From positions 1-64,000 of the forward strand of contig CBFGJX010000015.1 in NCBI GenBank assembly GCA_965649225.1: a stretch of 64,000 nt of DNA. The letters are read 5' to 3'. This DNA is from a candidate division WOR-3 bacterium. Lineage in GTDB: Bacteria; Hydrothermota; Tepidihabitantia; Tepidihabitantales; Tepidihabitantaceae. The notes under the pieces were generated by a model, which saw nothing but the letters and a program-made list of their open reading frames with translations, did not search any database and was not told the origin of the DNA. The position numbers and the translations under genes were made by a program. This document shows positions 38,474 through 48,600 of the stretch, one piece after another (the stretch's first letter is position 1; each line of letters begins with the position of its first letter).

Positions 38474-41400
38474 GTGAGAGTGCTGATAATGGTTGTGCTG
38501 GCCGCCGGGACTGTTTTTGCCGCTGCGGTCAGTACCGAGCTGGTGGTGCCGCCATCAGCGGTGACAGTTTCCGAGGCCGCGGGCTGGGATGTGGTTGAAC
38601 TCGGCCGGCTGCCGGCGGGCACGGCGCCGGCGCTGCTTTCAGCGCCGGGTGAGCCGCTGCTGCCCTGGCTGTCGGTGAATGTACTGATTCCGGCCGGGGC
38701 CGAGGTCGAGGAAGTCGTCGTGGTGCCGCTGGAGCGCACCGAGCTGGGCAGTCTGCGACTGCATCCGACGCAGCCGATGCGGCCGCTGTCGCAGTTTGCC
38801 AGCGTGCCGTTTGTCGGTCCGGATGCGGTGTATCGGACCGACAATGTCTTTCCGGCGCAGCCGGTGCAGGCAGTGCCGGCGGGCAGCAAGGCCGGATTCC
38901 GGATTGCCGGACTGCTGTGGTGCCCGTTCGAGTACCGGCCGGCTTCGGGTCGGTTGACGCTGGTCAGCCGGGCACGGGTTGAGGTGCGCTATCGCGCCGG
39001 CGCGCTGCCGGTGGCTGCGCTCAGCGAATCCCAGCGCAGTTTCTTTGCCGCCGATGTCGCCGGGCTGGTGGCCAATCCCGAGGATGTTGACCGGATGGCA
39101 CCGCCGGTGGTGGCGCGGGATTTGCCGGACCTGGATGTGGTAATCTTCACCAGTACCAGCCTCGCGCCGGCACTGCAGCCGCTGCAAACCTGGCTGCAGC
39201 GCAAGGGTTATTTCACCACGATTGTCGCTCAGGATACGCTCAGCCGGCCGGGCCGCGACGTGCCCGAGAAGATGCGCAATCTGGTCAAAGAGCTGTTTGC
39301 CCGGCGCGGGCTGAAGTATGTGATTCTGGGCGGCGACAATCAGGTCTGTCCGTTGCGCTACGGCTATCTGCCCTATTCGACCTACAATGTCCCGGCCGAC
39401 ATGTATTTTGCCGATATCGACGGTTCGTGGGACGGCAACAACAACGGTCAGTTCGGCGAGATGAGCGGCGACTCGCTCGACCTGTTTCAGGATTTGTATG
39501 TCGGCCGGCTGCCGCTGGACAACGCCACTCATGCCGCAACATTTCTGACCAAAGACACCATTTACGAGCTGCATCCGGATACGGCTTATCTGAACAACGT
39601 CATTCTGCCCTCGGAGTGGCTCTGGCAGAACATCGACTATTCGGGCCGGATCGTCAACCGCAATATCGCGCTGCTCCTGGAAGCGCTCGGGACCTGGCAG
39701 GTGGAATCGGCGCTGGCAATGACACCGGCGACAGTGGTGGCCGGACTGAATGCCGGCCGGCAGCATTTTCACTTTGCCGGTCACGGTTCGCGGACGGCGT
39801 TCGGGTCAACATTTTCGACTTCGAATCTGCCCAGTCTGAACAATCTCGCCCGGCCGACGGTGGTGACCTCGATGGCCTGTGATTGCGGCTGGTTTGATGA
39901 TGGCGACTGTCTGGGCGAGGATTTTGTCACCGCGGCCAACGGCGGGGCAGTGGCGACGATGCTCAATGCCCGCTACGGCTGGGGAGCGCCGCCGTGTCAG
40001 GGGCCAAACGAGAATCTCAACTGCGAGTTCTACCGCAATTATGTCCGCGGCCGGACCGTTGGTCAGGCGCACGGCATGGCCCGGGACTTTCTCCGCAACG
40101 AGTCGTTTTCCCAGATGACGACCCGCTGGGCAATGTACACCAATACCCTGCAGGGTGACCCGACGATGCGAATGTGGCGCCGGCCGCCGACCGCGCTGAG
40201 TGTGACCGCACCGGATACGGTGCCGGCTTCACCGGCACAGTTGACCGTGACGGTGAGTGCCGGCGCGGAACCGGTGAGCGGGGCGCGGGTGGCGCTGACT
40301 CACCGGGGCGAACTGCTCGGCCGTGGCGTTACCGATGCCGCCGGCGTGGCGCGTTTTCCGGTGACGGCACCCGGCGATACCTGGGCGCTGGAGCTTTCGG
40401 TAACTGCGCCGGACGCCGCGTTCTACTGCCGGACCGTGGCGGTGGGGCGAAGCTGTCCGGGGCCGCTGGTGGTGCTGGACCATGCTTCGGTCGATGACGG
40501 CAATGGCCGGCTGGACCCGGGTGAGGAGTCCGATGTTTATCTGACCGTGCGCAATCTCGGTGCGGCGGCGGCCGATTCGACCACCGGCCGGCTGGTTTCG
40601 CATTCGCCCTGGGTGAGCGTGGTGGTGGCGACGGCCGACTACGGCAGCGTCGCTTCCCTTGACACGGCCAAGGGCAGTGCCTACCGGCTGGCGGTGAGCC
40701 GCGACTGTCCGCACGGCCACCGCGCCGAACTGGTGCTGGTGACCGCCAGCGGCGGCGCCGAGTGGCAGTCGGCAGTGGAGCTGGTGGTGGGTCTGCCGTT
40801 TGCCCGCAGCGGCGTGTGGGCGACACTGGACACCGGCGACTACTGTCTGACACTGGTGGCCAATGGCGGTATCGGCACGACCCAGTGGCGCGGCGAGGGG
40901 TTCGGGTTCATCTATCCGAAGTCGCGTCAGTGGTCGTCTTCGGCGCTGATGCACGGCAGTCTGCTGCTCGGAATCGATACCGGCTGGGTGGCCGACAATT
41001 ACTACGGTGCGCCCGACTGGCGGGTCTGCCCGCAGGATTTTGCCACCACCGAATCGCTGCGGATTCACTGGCCGCCCCAGCTCGGCGACCAGCAGTACGA
41101 CTGCCGGTTCAGCGACTCGCGCCATCCCTCGCCGCGAGGAATCGTTGTCCGCCAGCGCGCGTTTGGCAGCGCCCGGCCGAGCCACAAGGATTTCGCGATT
41201 ATCGAATACTGTCTGTACAACACCGGCAGCAGCGCAGTGAACGGACTCTGGGCCGGCATCGGCGCCGATTTCCGGACTGCGGGCTGGAATGCCAACGACC
41301 AGTATGATTACGCCGGGGTCGACAGCGTTCGCACGCTGGCCTATGTCCGGGCACAGCCGGAAACACTGTGTCTGGGCGTGCGGCCAATCTGGCCACGCAG

Positions 41401-41941
41401 CGCCGGCGGCTGGGCCAACTGTATCAATCAGACCGTGCTTGACGACGGCTTCACCAAGTCGGAGAAGCTGGGCTATCTCAATGGCACGCTGCGCTCGGTT
41501 GCCGGCGGCACGATCGGCAACTGGCACGCGTTTGTTTCCAGCGGTCCATACTACATTCCGGCCGGCGACAGCCAGGTTGTTGCCTTTGTGCTTGTCGGCG
41601 GCCGCACCGTTGCGCAGGCGGCGGCAGTTTCCGATACCGCGGCGAACTGGTATGACCCGCCGACAGCCGTGAGTTCACCGCTGCCGGCAGTGCCGCTGGT
41701 GCGGCGGTGTGACCTGATGCCGGCGGTTTCTGATGGCCGGGTGACGCTGCGTTACAGTATCAGCCGGCTGGAACCGCTCGAACTGCAGTTTTACGATGCC
41801 CTCGGCCGGGAAGTCGGCCGGTTCAGTCATCAGCCGGCGCGGCTGGAGGGCCAGCTCAGTCTGGTGTTGCCGGCCGGCGCACCCGGGGTGTGGTTTGTCC
41901 GGATTGGTGATTACACCGGCAAGGTGGCAGTGGTGAGATAG
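38474..41941 (+). CDS. C25 (gingipain-family) cysteine peptidase with propeptide and C-terminal accessory domains
   Basis: GAGGAGG then GTG. Propeptide GEPLLP, YVILGGD, DLYVGRLP, catalytic FAGHGS and SMACDCG, LQGDP. Confidence 0.88.
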   Translation: MRVLIMVVLAAGTVFAAAVSTELVVPPSAVTVSEAAGWDVVELGRLPAGTAPALLSAPGEPLLPWLSVNVLIPAGAEVEEVVVVPLERTELGSLRLHPTQPMRPLSQFASVPFVGPDAVYRTDNVFPAQPVQAVPAGSKAGFRIAGLLWCPFEYRPASGRLTLVSRARVEVRYRAGALPVAALSESQRSFFAADVAGLVANPEDVDRMAPPVVARDLPDLDVVIFTSTSLAPALQPLQTWLQRKGYFTTIVAQDTLSRPGRDVPEKMRNLVKELFARRGLKYVILGGDNQVCPLRYGYLPYSTYNVPADMYFADIDGSWDGNNNGQFGEMSGDSLDLFQDLYVGRLPLDNATHAATFLTKDTIYELHPDTAYLNNVILPSEWLWQNIDYSGRIVNRNIALLLEALGTWQVESALAMTPATVVAGLNAGRQHFHFAGHGSRTAFGSTFSTSNLPSLNNLARPTVVTSMACDCGWFDDGDCLGEDFVTAANGGAVATMLNARYGWGAPPCQGPNENLNCEFYRNYVRGRTVGQAHGMARDFLRNESFSQMTTRWAMYTNTLQGDPTMRMWRRPPTALSVTAPDTVPASPAQLTVTVSAGAEPVSGARVALTHRGELLGRGVTDAAGVARFPVTAPGDTWALELSVTAPDAAFYCRTVAVGRSCPGPLVVLDHASVDDGNGRLDPGEESDVYLTVRNLGAAAADSTTGRLVSHSPWVSVVVATADYGSVASLDTAKGSAYRLAVSRDCPHGHRAELVLVTASGGAEWQSAVELVVGLPFARSGVWATLDTGDYCLTLVANGGIGTTQWRGEGFGFIYPKSRQWSSSALMHGSLLLGIDTGWVADNYYGAPDWRVCPQDFATTESLRIHWPPQLGDQQYDCRFSDSRHPSPRGIVVRQRAFGSARPSHKDFAIIEYCLYNTGSSAVNGLWAGIGADFRTAGWNANDQYDYAGVDSVRTLAYVRAQPETLCLGVRPIWPRSAGGWANCINQTVLDDGFTKSEKLGYLNGTLRSVAGGTIGNWHAFVSSGPYYIPAGDSQVVAFVLVGGRTVAQAAAVSDTAANWYDPPTAVSSPLPAVPLVRRCDLMPAVSDGRVTLRYSISRLEPLELQFYDALGREVGRFSHQPARLEGQLSLVLPAGAPGVWFVRIGDYTGKVAVVR

Positions 41942-41961
41942 TCTCGGCCGGCGTTTAAGTG

Positions 41962-41998
41962 GCGGTGCAGTGGCCTCCTAGGGAGGCCACTGCACCGC
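41962..41998 (+). terminator. Perfect 17-bp hairpin after the C25 gene
   Basis: GCGGTGCAGTGGCCTCC-TAG-GGAGGCCACTGCACCGC. No U-tract. Confidence 0.65.
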
Positions 41999-42682
41999 AA
42001 GCAGTTCCGAAAGGAGAGACGGAGGACAGCAGGCTAATTATCAGGCCGGCGCAGCGTTATCAGCTTCATGCAGTCAGCGGGTTGCGCCGATGGGGGCGTT
42101 TTCGGTCTTGGTGTGGTGTTGATCAATGACTGCGAATGGGGCTGAGATTGACCACCGCGCCGACCCTGGCGCTGGGCTCGGCTCATTCGGGTGCAGGTGT
42201 CGCCCCGGATAAGCGCAGAAAAAGCGGTAACCCCCGACACAGGTTCGGCAGACCGGGTTGTTCAACCGGAAGTTGCGGCTGTACTCCGGGCCGGCAGGCG
42301 AAATCATTGGGGACCACAGAAACGCGTTTGTTCTTGCACCTACTTGGGTGCCTGCCGGCCCGGAAAACCGCTGAACGGAGGTTACGGAGCGGTTCGCACC
42401 TGCCGTGCTATAGGCAGTAAACTTGTAAAACCCGCGTACAACACTCACGACACCATGGGATAATCAATCCCTGTGCCAGCAGTAGTTTCAGTTCATAAGA
42501 TATTGGCAGTCTGCCGGTTGGCTTGAAAGAGCCGGCCCGTGCCTGCCGGTGGCGCATTGCCGGCCAGCGGTGGTGTGCGGTGCTAATTGATTGTTTTTAC
42601 TGGCGTTACAAGCTGCGACAGCCGGCCGGGGCTTGCGGCGCCGGCCGAAACGGCCCCGAAAGCAGCAAAAAGCCCGGAGAGC

Positions 42683-43438
42683 CTAGTTGCCCGGCGGCAG
42701 AAGTTCAGCGATTCTGGTGACTTCGCCCGCCGGGGTTTCGTAGCGGACCAGCCTTTGCGGGCCGGCCTTCTCAAACCAGCCGAGATAGGGTTGTGGCCCG
42801 ATGTTGAAAAGTACCTTGCGACAGTCGAATGTGCCGGCCGGAACGGTGATGGTTTCCTCGCCCAGCAGCTCCATCCGGCAGGCAAAGAGCCCGCCGCCGG
42901 CGGGCGGCCCCATCGGGCTGACCGCTTTGAACTCGACCGGCCGGCCTTTGGTTAATACGATTGCCCGGCCGAACAGAAACAGCAGCTCTTCGGTATCGTA
43001 GGTGAGCCGGTCAAAGGGCAGCAGCCGCTGGGTTTCTTCCCCGGCGGCAAAGGTGGTAATCGCCGCGGCCTCACGGACATAGTTCACCGCGGTGGTGGTC
43101 AGTGCTGGTCCGACTTTCAGGAAGCGGAACGACGACAACGGCCGGAGGCTGTCGCGGGAGACAAAGACAATCGAGGAGTCGGTTGTCGCAATGCCGCTCG
43201 AGCTGGTAAGGGTAATCATCTCAAAGCGCCACGCCGGCCGGTCGCGGAATACACCGGCACTGAGGATTACGAGCGTGGTTCCGATTGGCTGGTCGCCGGC
43301 CCGCAGGACATAGCGACTGGTTTCGCCGTCGGTAATCGGCGGCACGGTCAGGCGCAGGTCGCGACCGGGGCCGGTCCGGCCGCAGAATACGCCGGTAACC
43401 GCGAGCAGCAAAGCAGATAATACGACAGCAGTTCTCAC
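42683..43438 (-). CDS. Exported/lipoprotein, DUF3108-like
   Basis: AAGGAG then GTG. Signal peptide ending in Cys, GEETITVPAGTFDC motif. TTGACC-N18-TATACT upstream. Confidence 0.7.
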   Translation of the reverse strand: MRTAVVLSALLLAVTGVFCGRTGPGRDLRLTVPPITDGETSRYVLRAGDQPIGTTLVILSAGVFRDRPAWRFEMITLTSSSGIATTDSSIVFVSRDSLRPLSSFRFLKVGPALTTTAVNYVREAAAITTFAAGEETQRLLPFDRLTYDTEELLFLFGRAIVLTKGRPVEFKAVSPMGPPAGGGLFACRMELLGEETITVPAGTFDCRKVLFNIGPQPYLGWFEKAGPQRLVRYETPAGEVTRIAELLPPGN

Positions 43439-43565
43439 CGCAATTGTCTCCTTGTCGCTTGGGGTTTTCTTGTCAGTATAGCAGCACCGGTCGCCACCGG
43501 TCAAGACCGACACGGTTCTTTCGGCTGATTGACGACTGGCGGCTTCAGGCTATTGTTAGGAAGAG

Positions 43566-45545
43566 TTGACGTTCTCATTTCTGCTACTGACGGCGGCGCT
43601 GCAGCTGGAGCCGGCAGTGCTTGCCGGGGAGGACCTTTCCGGTGACCGCCAGGCGGCTGAGGCCGGCCACCGGCTGGGACGGCCGTTGACAGTGCAGGTT
43701 TGTCGCGGCGGTGCGCCGGCGGCTGGAGTTCCGGTCCGGTTTGAGCTGCTCAGCGAGCCTTCCGGCAACCGCCTGACCGGCCGGCGGGCGGTGCTGGATG
43801 ACACGCTGGTGCTGACCGACCGGCTGGGGCTGGCCCGGACCGCGCTGACGCTCGGTTCGACGGCAGGCGAATATCAGGTGCGGGCGAGCGGCCCGGGTGG
43901 TGAGCATGTCTTTACCATCATCGCACTGCCCCGGCGCTGGTATCTGGCGACGATTGTCGGGCTGGCCGGCGGGCTGTGTCTGTTTCTTTTCGGGCTCTAT
44001 TATGGCAGCAAGGGGCTGCGGCGACTGGCCGGCAACCGGCTGCGGCAGGTGCTGTTTTCACTCACCGCCAACCGGGTGCTGGGGGCGCTGGCCGGCATTC
44101 TCGTCACGCTGGTGTTTCAGTCGTCAACCGCGGCGGTGAGTCTGCTGATCGGTCTGGCGTCGGCCGGGATTATCAGCCTGTCGCAGGCACTCGGCGTTGT
44201 GCTGGGGGCCGACCTCGGCACTACGGTGACGGTGCAACTGCTTTCGTTCCGGTTGTTTGACTATGCGCCGGCGGTGGCGGTGGTCGGTTTCGTTATCATG
44301 AACACTGTCCGGCGCTGGCGTGACCTCGGGCAGGCGGTGTTCGGTTTCGGGCTGGTTTTCTGGTCGCTGCAGGTGGTATTGCAGGCATCGGCGCCGCTGG
44401 AACACATTCCGGCGGTCGGGGCAGTGGTTGTCCGGCTCGGTTCAGCGCCGCTGGCCGCCTTTCTGGTGGCAACGCTTTTGACGGTACTGCTGCGTTCGTC
44501 CGCGGCAGCGATCGGGCTGGTGGTCGGGCTGGCTTTTGCCCGGCTGGTTGACCTGCGGTCGGCGATTCCCTTTATCCTCGGCGCCAACCTCGGGACAACC
44601 GTCAATGCCCTGCTGGCAAGCTGGCGCGCCGGCACCGAAGCCCGACGCATTGCCGTCGGTCATGTGCTGTTCAAAGGCCTGACCGTGCTGCTGCTGCTGC
44701 CGTTTGTGCCGCTGCTGGTGCGGCTGGTGGCGCTGACCGCCCGCTCGGTGCCACGGCAGGTTGCCAATGCCCACACGATTATCAACGGGTTTGCCCTGCT
44801 GTTGTTTCTGCCGCTGCTGGGGCCGCTGGAACGGCTGGTGCGCCGGCTGGTGCCGGAGCGCAATCCGGAAGAACCGGTTCAGCTCTGCGCGGCTGGTGCA
44901 CTGGAAGCGCCGGACATCGCCGTGGCTCAGGCGGCGCGGGAGGTGCAGCATCTGGGCGATATCGTGCTGGGCATGTTCCGGGAAGCGCTGCGGGTGTTCC
45001 TTGAAGGCGATAAGGAGGGCCGGCGCCGGCTGGTGAGCGAGGATGACCGGGTGGACCGGCTGGCCGAACGGCTGGCCGCGCTGCTGGCGCGGGTGCAGCA
45101 GGAGGAGCTGAATCCGGAGCTGGCGCGCAAGACCGCGGCGCTGTTTGCGGTGACCAGCGAGCTGGAGCACATCGGCGATATCATCTCCAAGTCGCTGGCA
45201 GCGCATGCCCACAAGAAAATCGAGGAGGGGCTGGCGTTTTCGGCCGAAGGGCTGGCCGAGATTCGCAGCTTTCACGCTGAGGTTGAAGGCAACCTTGCCG
45301 CCGCCCTGGCCTGTCTGGCAACCTGGAATCGGGCCCTGGCCGAGCGGCTGGTGGCAGTGCGCGAGACCGGCTTGCAGCGCCAACGGGAACTGCAGGAGGC
45401 GCACCGCCGTCGCCTGGCCGAAAGCAACAAGGCGGCAATCGACACCTCGTCGGTGCAGCTGGACATGCTGGCCGACCTTGAACGGGTGAACTTTCTCTGC
45501 TCCCAGATCGGGGCAGCCGTGCTGGCGGCCAAGTCGCGGCGTTGA
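43566..45545 (+). CDS. Na+/Pi cotransporter family protein with N-terminal Ig-like domain and C-terminal PhoU-like domains
   Basis: FQSSTAA...LGADLGTT and RSSAAA...LGANLGTT repeats, QVANAHT, ELEHIGD / DLERV PhoU-like helices. Confidence 0.88.
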   Translation: MTFSFLLLTAALQLEPAVLAGEDLSGDRQAAEAGHRLGRPLTVQVCRGGAPAAGVPVRFELLSEPSGNRLTGRRAVLDDTLVLTDRLGLARTALTLGSTAGEYQVRASGPGGEHVFTIIALPRRWYLATIVGLAGGLCLFLFGLYYGSKGLRRLAGNRLRQVLFSLTANRVLGALAGILVTLVFQSSTAAVSLLIGLASAGIISLSQALGVVLGADLGTTVTVQLLSFRLFDYAPAVAVVGFVIMNTVRRWRDLGQAVFGFGLVFWSLQVVLQASAPLEHIPAVGAVVVRLGSAPLAAFLVATLLTVLLRSSAAAIGLVVGLAFARLVDLRSAIPFILGANLGTTVNALLASWRAGTEARRIAVGHVLFKGLTVLLLLPFVPLLVRLVALTARSVPRQVANAHTIINGFALLLFLPLLGPLERLVRRLVPERNPEEPVQLCAAGALEAPDIAVAQAAREVQHLGDIVLGMFREALRVFLEGDKEGRRRLVSEDDRVDRLAERLAALLARVQQEELNPELARKTAALFAVTSELEHIGDIISKSLAAHAHKKIEEGLAFSAEGLAEIRSFHAEVEGNLAAALACLATWNRALAERLVAVRETGLQRQRELQEAHRRRLAESNKAAIDTSSVQLDMLADLERVNFLCSQIGAAVLAAKSRR

Positions 45546-45571
45546 CACCTTTGAACTGACCGGCGTATAAT
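45542..45571 (+). promoter_or_regulatory. Consensus sigma70 promoter for the M6 protease gene
   Basis: TTGACA-N18-TATAAT; the -35 box overlaps the upstream TGA stop. Confidence 0.7.
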
Positions 45572-45656
45572 ATAGGGTAGTGAGGAGCGTCGGGTTTTGT
45601 CCCGGCGGGTCTGGACGCGCGATGACCGGAAATCCTGCCTGTCAGGAGGTGCGAAG

Positions 45657-48600
45657 ATGCGTTTTGCCGTCCTGCGGCTGTGGCTGATATTTTTCTGTCT
45701 GGGCGGTCTGGCTGCCGCGATGCCGCCCGTTGCCGGCCTGGACATTGACTATGCCGAGTGGGCTGCCGAGCGGGCACGACTGGGGATTGACCTCGGCGAT
45801 AACCCGGTGCGTGACCGCGGCCGGGCCGGAATCAAGAACTTCCCGGGCGATGTTACGATTCTGATATCCGGCACCAAGCGCTTCATTGCCGTGCCGATTC
45901 AGTTCCCGGACCAGGGGCTGACTTATTCGTCGGCCAGTTTCCAGCAGATGCTGTTCGGAACGTGGTCACCGACCCCGAGCGCCCGCGATTACTTCTGGGA
46001 GCAGTCGTACGGTCAGTTCAATATGACCGGCACGGTTACCGGCTGGTACACGGCCGCCAACAACCGGGCGTATTACGGCAACAACAACGGCGCGCAGCGC
46101 GCTGCGATGCTGGCCAAGGAAGCGGCACAGCTGGCCGATGCCAGTGTCAACTACGCCACCTACGACAACGACGGCGACGGGTACGTCGACGTGTTCACCT
46201 GTATCCATTCAGGCTACGGGATGGAGGAGTCGGGCAACGGCGCCGACATCTGGTCTCATTCCTGGAGCTTCACCGGTGCCGGCATCGGCGCCTACACCAC
46301 CAACGACCCGGACCCGGTCAACGGCGGGTTCATCCGCATTGACAAGTATGTCATCGACCCGGAGCGGAGCAATTACTCCAATAACGGCACGATGGTCTGC
46401 ATCGGCGTGTTCTGCCACGAATGGGGTCACGCGCTGGGCCTGCCCGACCTGTACGACACTCAGGGTTCCGGCGAGGGTGTCGGCAACTGGTCGCTGATGT
46501 CAGGGGGGTCGTGGGGTACGAACGGCAGTTCGCCGTGGTATCCGTCGTCAATGACCGCCTGGGAGAAGATGGAGCTGGGCTGGTTGAATCCGCGGGCAGT
46601 GCGGTCGCGCAGCCGCCAGACATTGACCGCGGTTGAGAGCCTGCCTGAGGCGCTGTGGCTGATTTCGCGCAACCGGACATTCCGGGAGTACTGGCTGGCC
46701 GAGAACCGCTACAAGATGCGCACCGACACCAACATGTACTCCAGCGGTTTGCACATCTGGCACATTGACGATTCGATTATCCGGGCCCGGCGGACGAGCA
46801 ATCGTGTGAACTCCAACGACGGCGGCTGGCGCTATGGCGTGGCGATGGAACAGGCCGACGGGCTGGACGAGCTTTACGCCGGTACTGACCGCGGCGATGC
46901 CAACGACCCCTGGCCGGGCGGACTGGGGCGGACAGTGTTCGATTCCACCACGACACCGAACTCGCGCACCAACGGCGGCGGCGTGCAAATGTCCGGCGTC
47001 TGGGTGAAGAACATATCGGCCGCCGGCCGGACGATGACCTGTTCGACTTCATCCGGGGTCACCGGCGCATTCACCGGCGGGCCGGACGGGTTCGGCTACA
47101 CCTGGATTGATTCCGACACTGCCGGCGGGCCGACCTACAGCTGGTATGATATCAGGAATACCGGACTGCTGCTGGGTGTGGGTGATGACGCCCGCTGGAA
47201 CCTGAATCTGCCATTTTCGTTCCAGTTCTACGGCACCAGCTACAACAACTGCTGGGTCTGCACCAACGGCTGGCTTTCCTTTGGTGCCGACCCGGGCACC
47301 AACGCATCAGCCAACACCAGTCTGCCCAATGCTGCCGCACCCAACCGGGCGGTGTATGCCTACTGGGAAAATCTCAATCTGGTGGCCTCGGATTCGGGCG
47401 GAGTTTACTGGCAGGCGTTTGGTTCGGCGCCGAACCGCTATGTCGTGATATCGTGGCTCGACGCCCGGGTGGTCGGGTCCCCGGCCTGGGGCGGTTACTA
47501 CAACACCGTTTCGTTTCAGGTCGTGCTGCACGAGAACGGCCGACTGGTTGTGCAGTATCGCGATGCCGCCTGTTCCGACACAACGTTGAACTGGGGTCGC
47601 TCGGCCACCGTCGGAGTGGAGAATGAAAATGGCACCATCGGGCTGCAGTACCTCTACAACGGCGCACCGGTCGGCAATCTCATCAACAACATCCGCGCCG
47701 TCAGCTTCGGTACCAATATCGATGTCGGGACCGTTGCGATCCTTACGCCCACTGGCACGGTTGACTCCGGCACTGTCATCGCACCGCAGGCCCGGGTACA
47801 GAACTTCAGTACCAGCACGTTGAGTTTTCCGGTGACGATGCGCATCGGTACCGGCTACACCAATACCCAGAATGTCAACAATCTCGGTCCGGGTGGTTCG
47901 ACAGTGGTGACATTTTCCAACTGGACCGCCGGTCCGCGCGGCACTCTGGCGGTGCGCTGCTCGACCGGCCTGACCGGGGACAACAACCGCGCCAACGATA
48001 CCCTTTCCGGTTCAGTGACGGTCCGGGTTATTGACGCTCAGACGGTAAGCGTTGACCAGCCGCCGGCCCTGGTCGATTCGGGCCAGACGGTACCGGTCAG
48101 CGCACTGGTGCGCAATAACGGGACCCAGGCGGCCAGCTTCACGGCGCTGGCGACAATCAGCGGTACGCCCTACTCTTCGAGCCGGAACGTGGTCAATCTG
48201 GCGCCGGGCGATACGGTCCGGCTCAATTTTGACAACTGGAACGCAATTGAACGCGGGGCGCACACCGTTGCCTGTTCGACGCAGCTGGCCGGTGACCTGG
48301 TGGCGGCCAACAACCGGGCGACAAGGTCGGTAACCGTGCGCGTGCTGGACGCGCAGGCGGTACGGATTACGGCGCCGACCGGAACGGTTGACTCTGGTTC
48401 GACCGTGACGCCGCGCGCCTGGGTGCGCAACCGCGGCAGCGTGACCGTGACTTTCAGCGCGACGCTGCGGATTGGCGGGGCTTACAGCAATACTCAGAAT
48501 GCGACCAATCTCGCTCCGGGCGATTCGGTGCAACTGGCGTTTGCCAACTGGACCGCGACCCAGCGCGGCACTTTTGCGACCATCTGCACGGTTGCGCTGG

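Noticed and set aside
42085..42300. Possible tmRNA (GGGGGCG/GGGGCTGA starts) or c-di-GMP-I riboswitch (GGGGTTACCG on the minus strand)
   Set aside because: Lacks the tmRNA TTCGAC 5' element and T-arm/CCA end, and lacks the GAAA tetraloop/CGCAAA core of the riboswitch.
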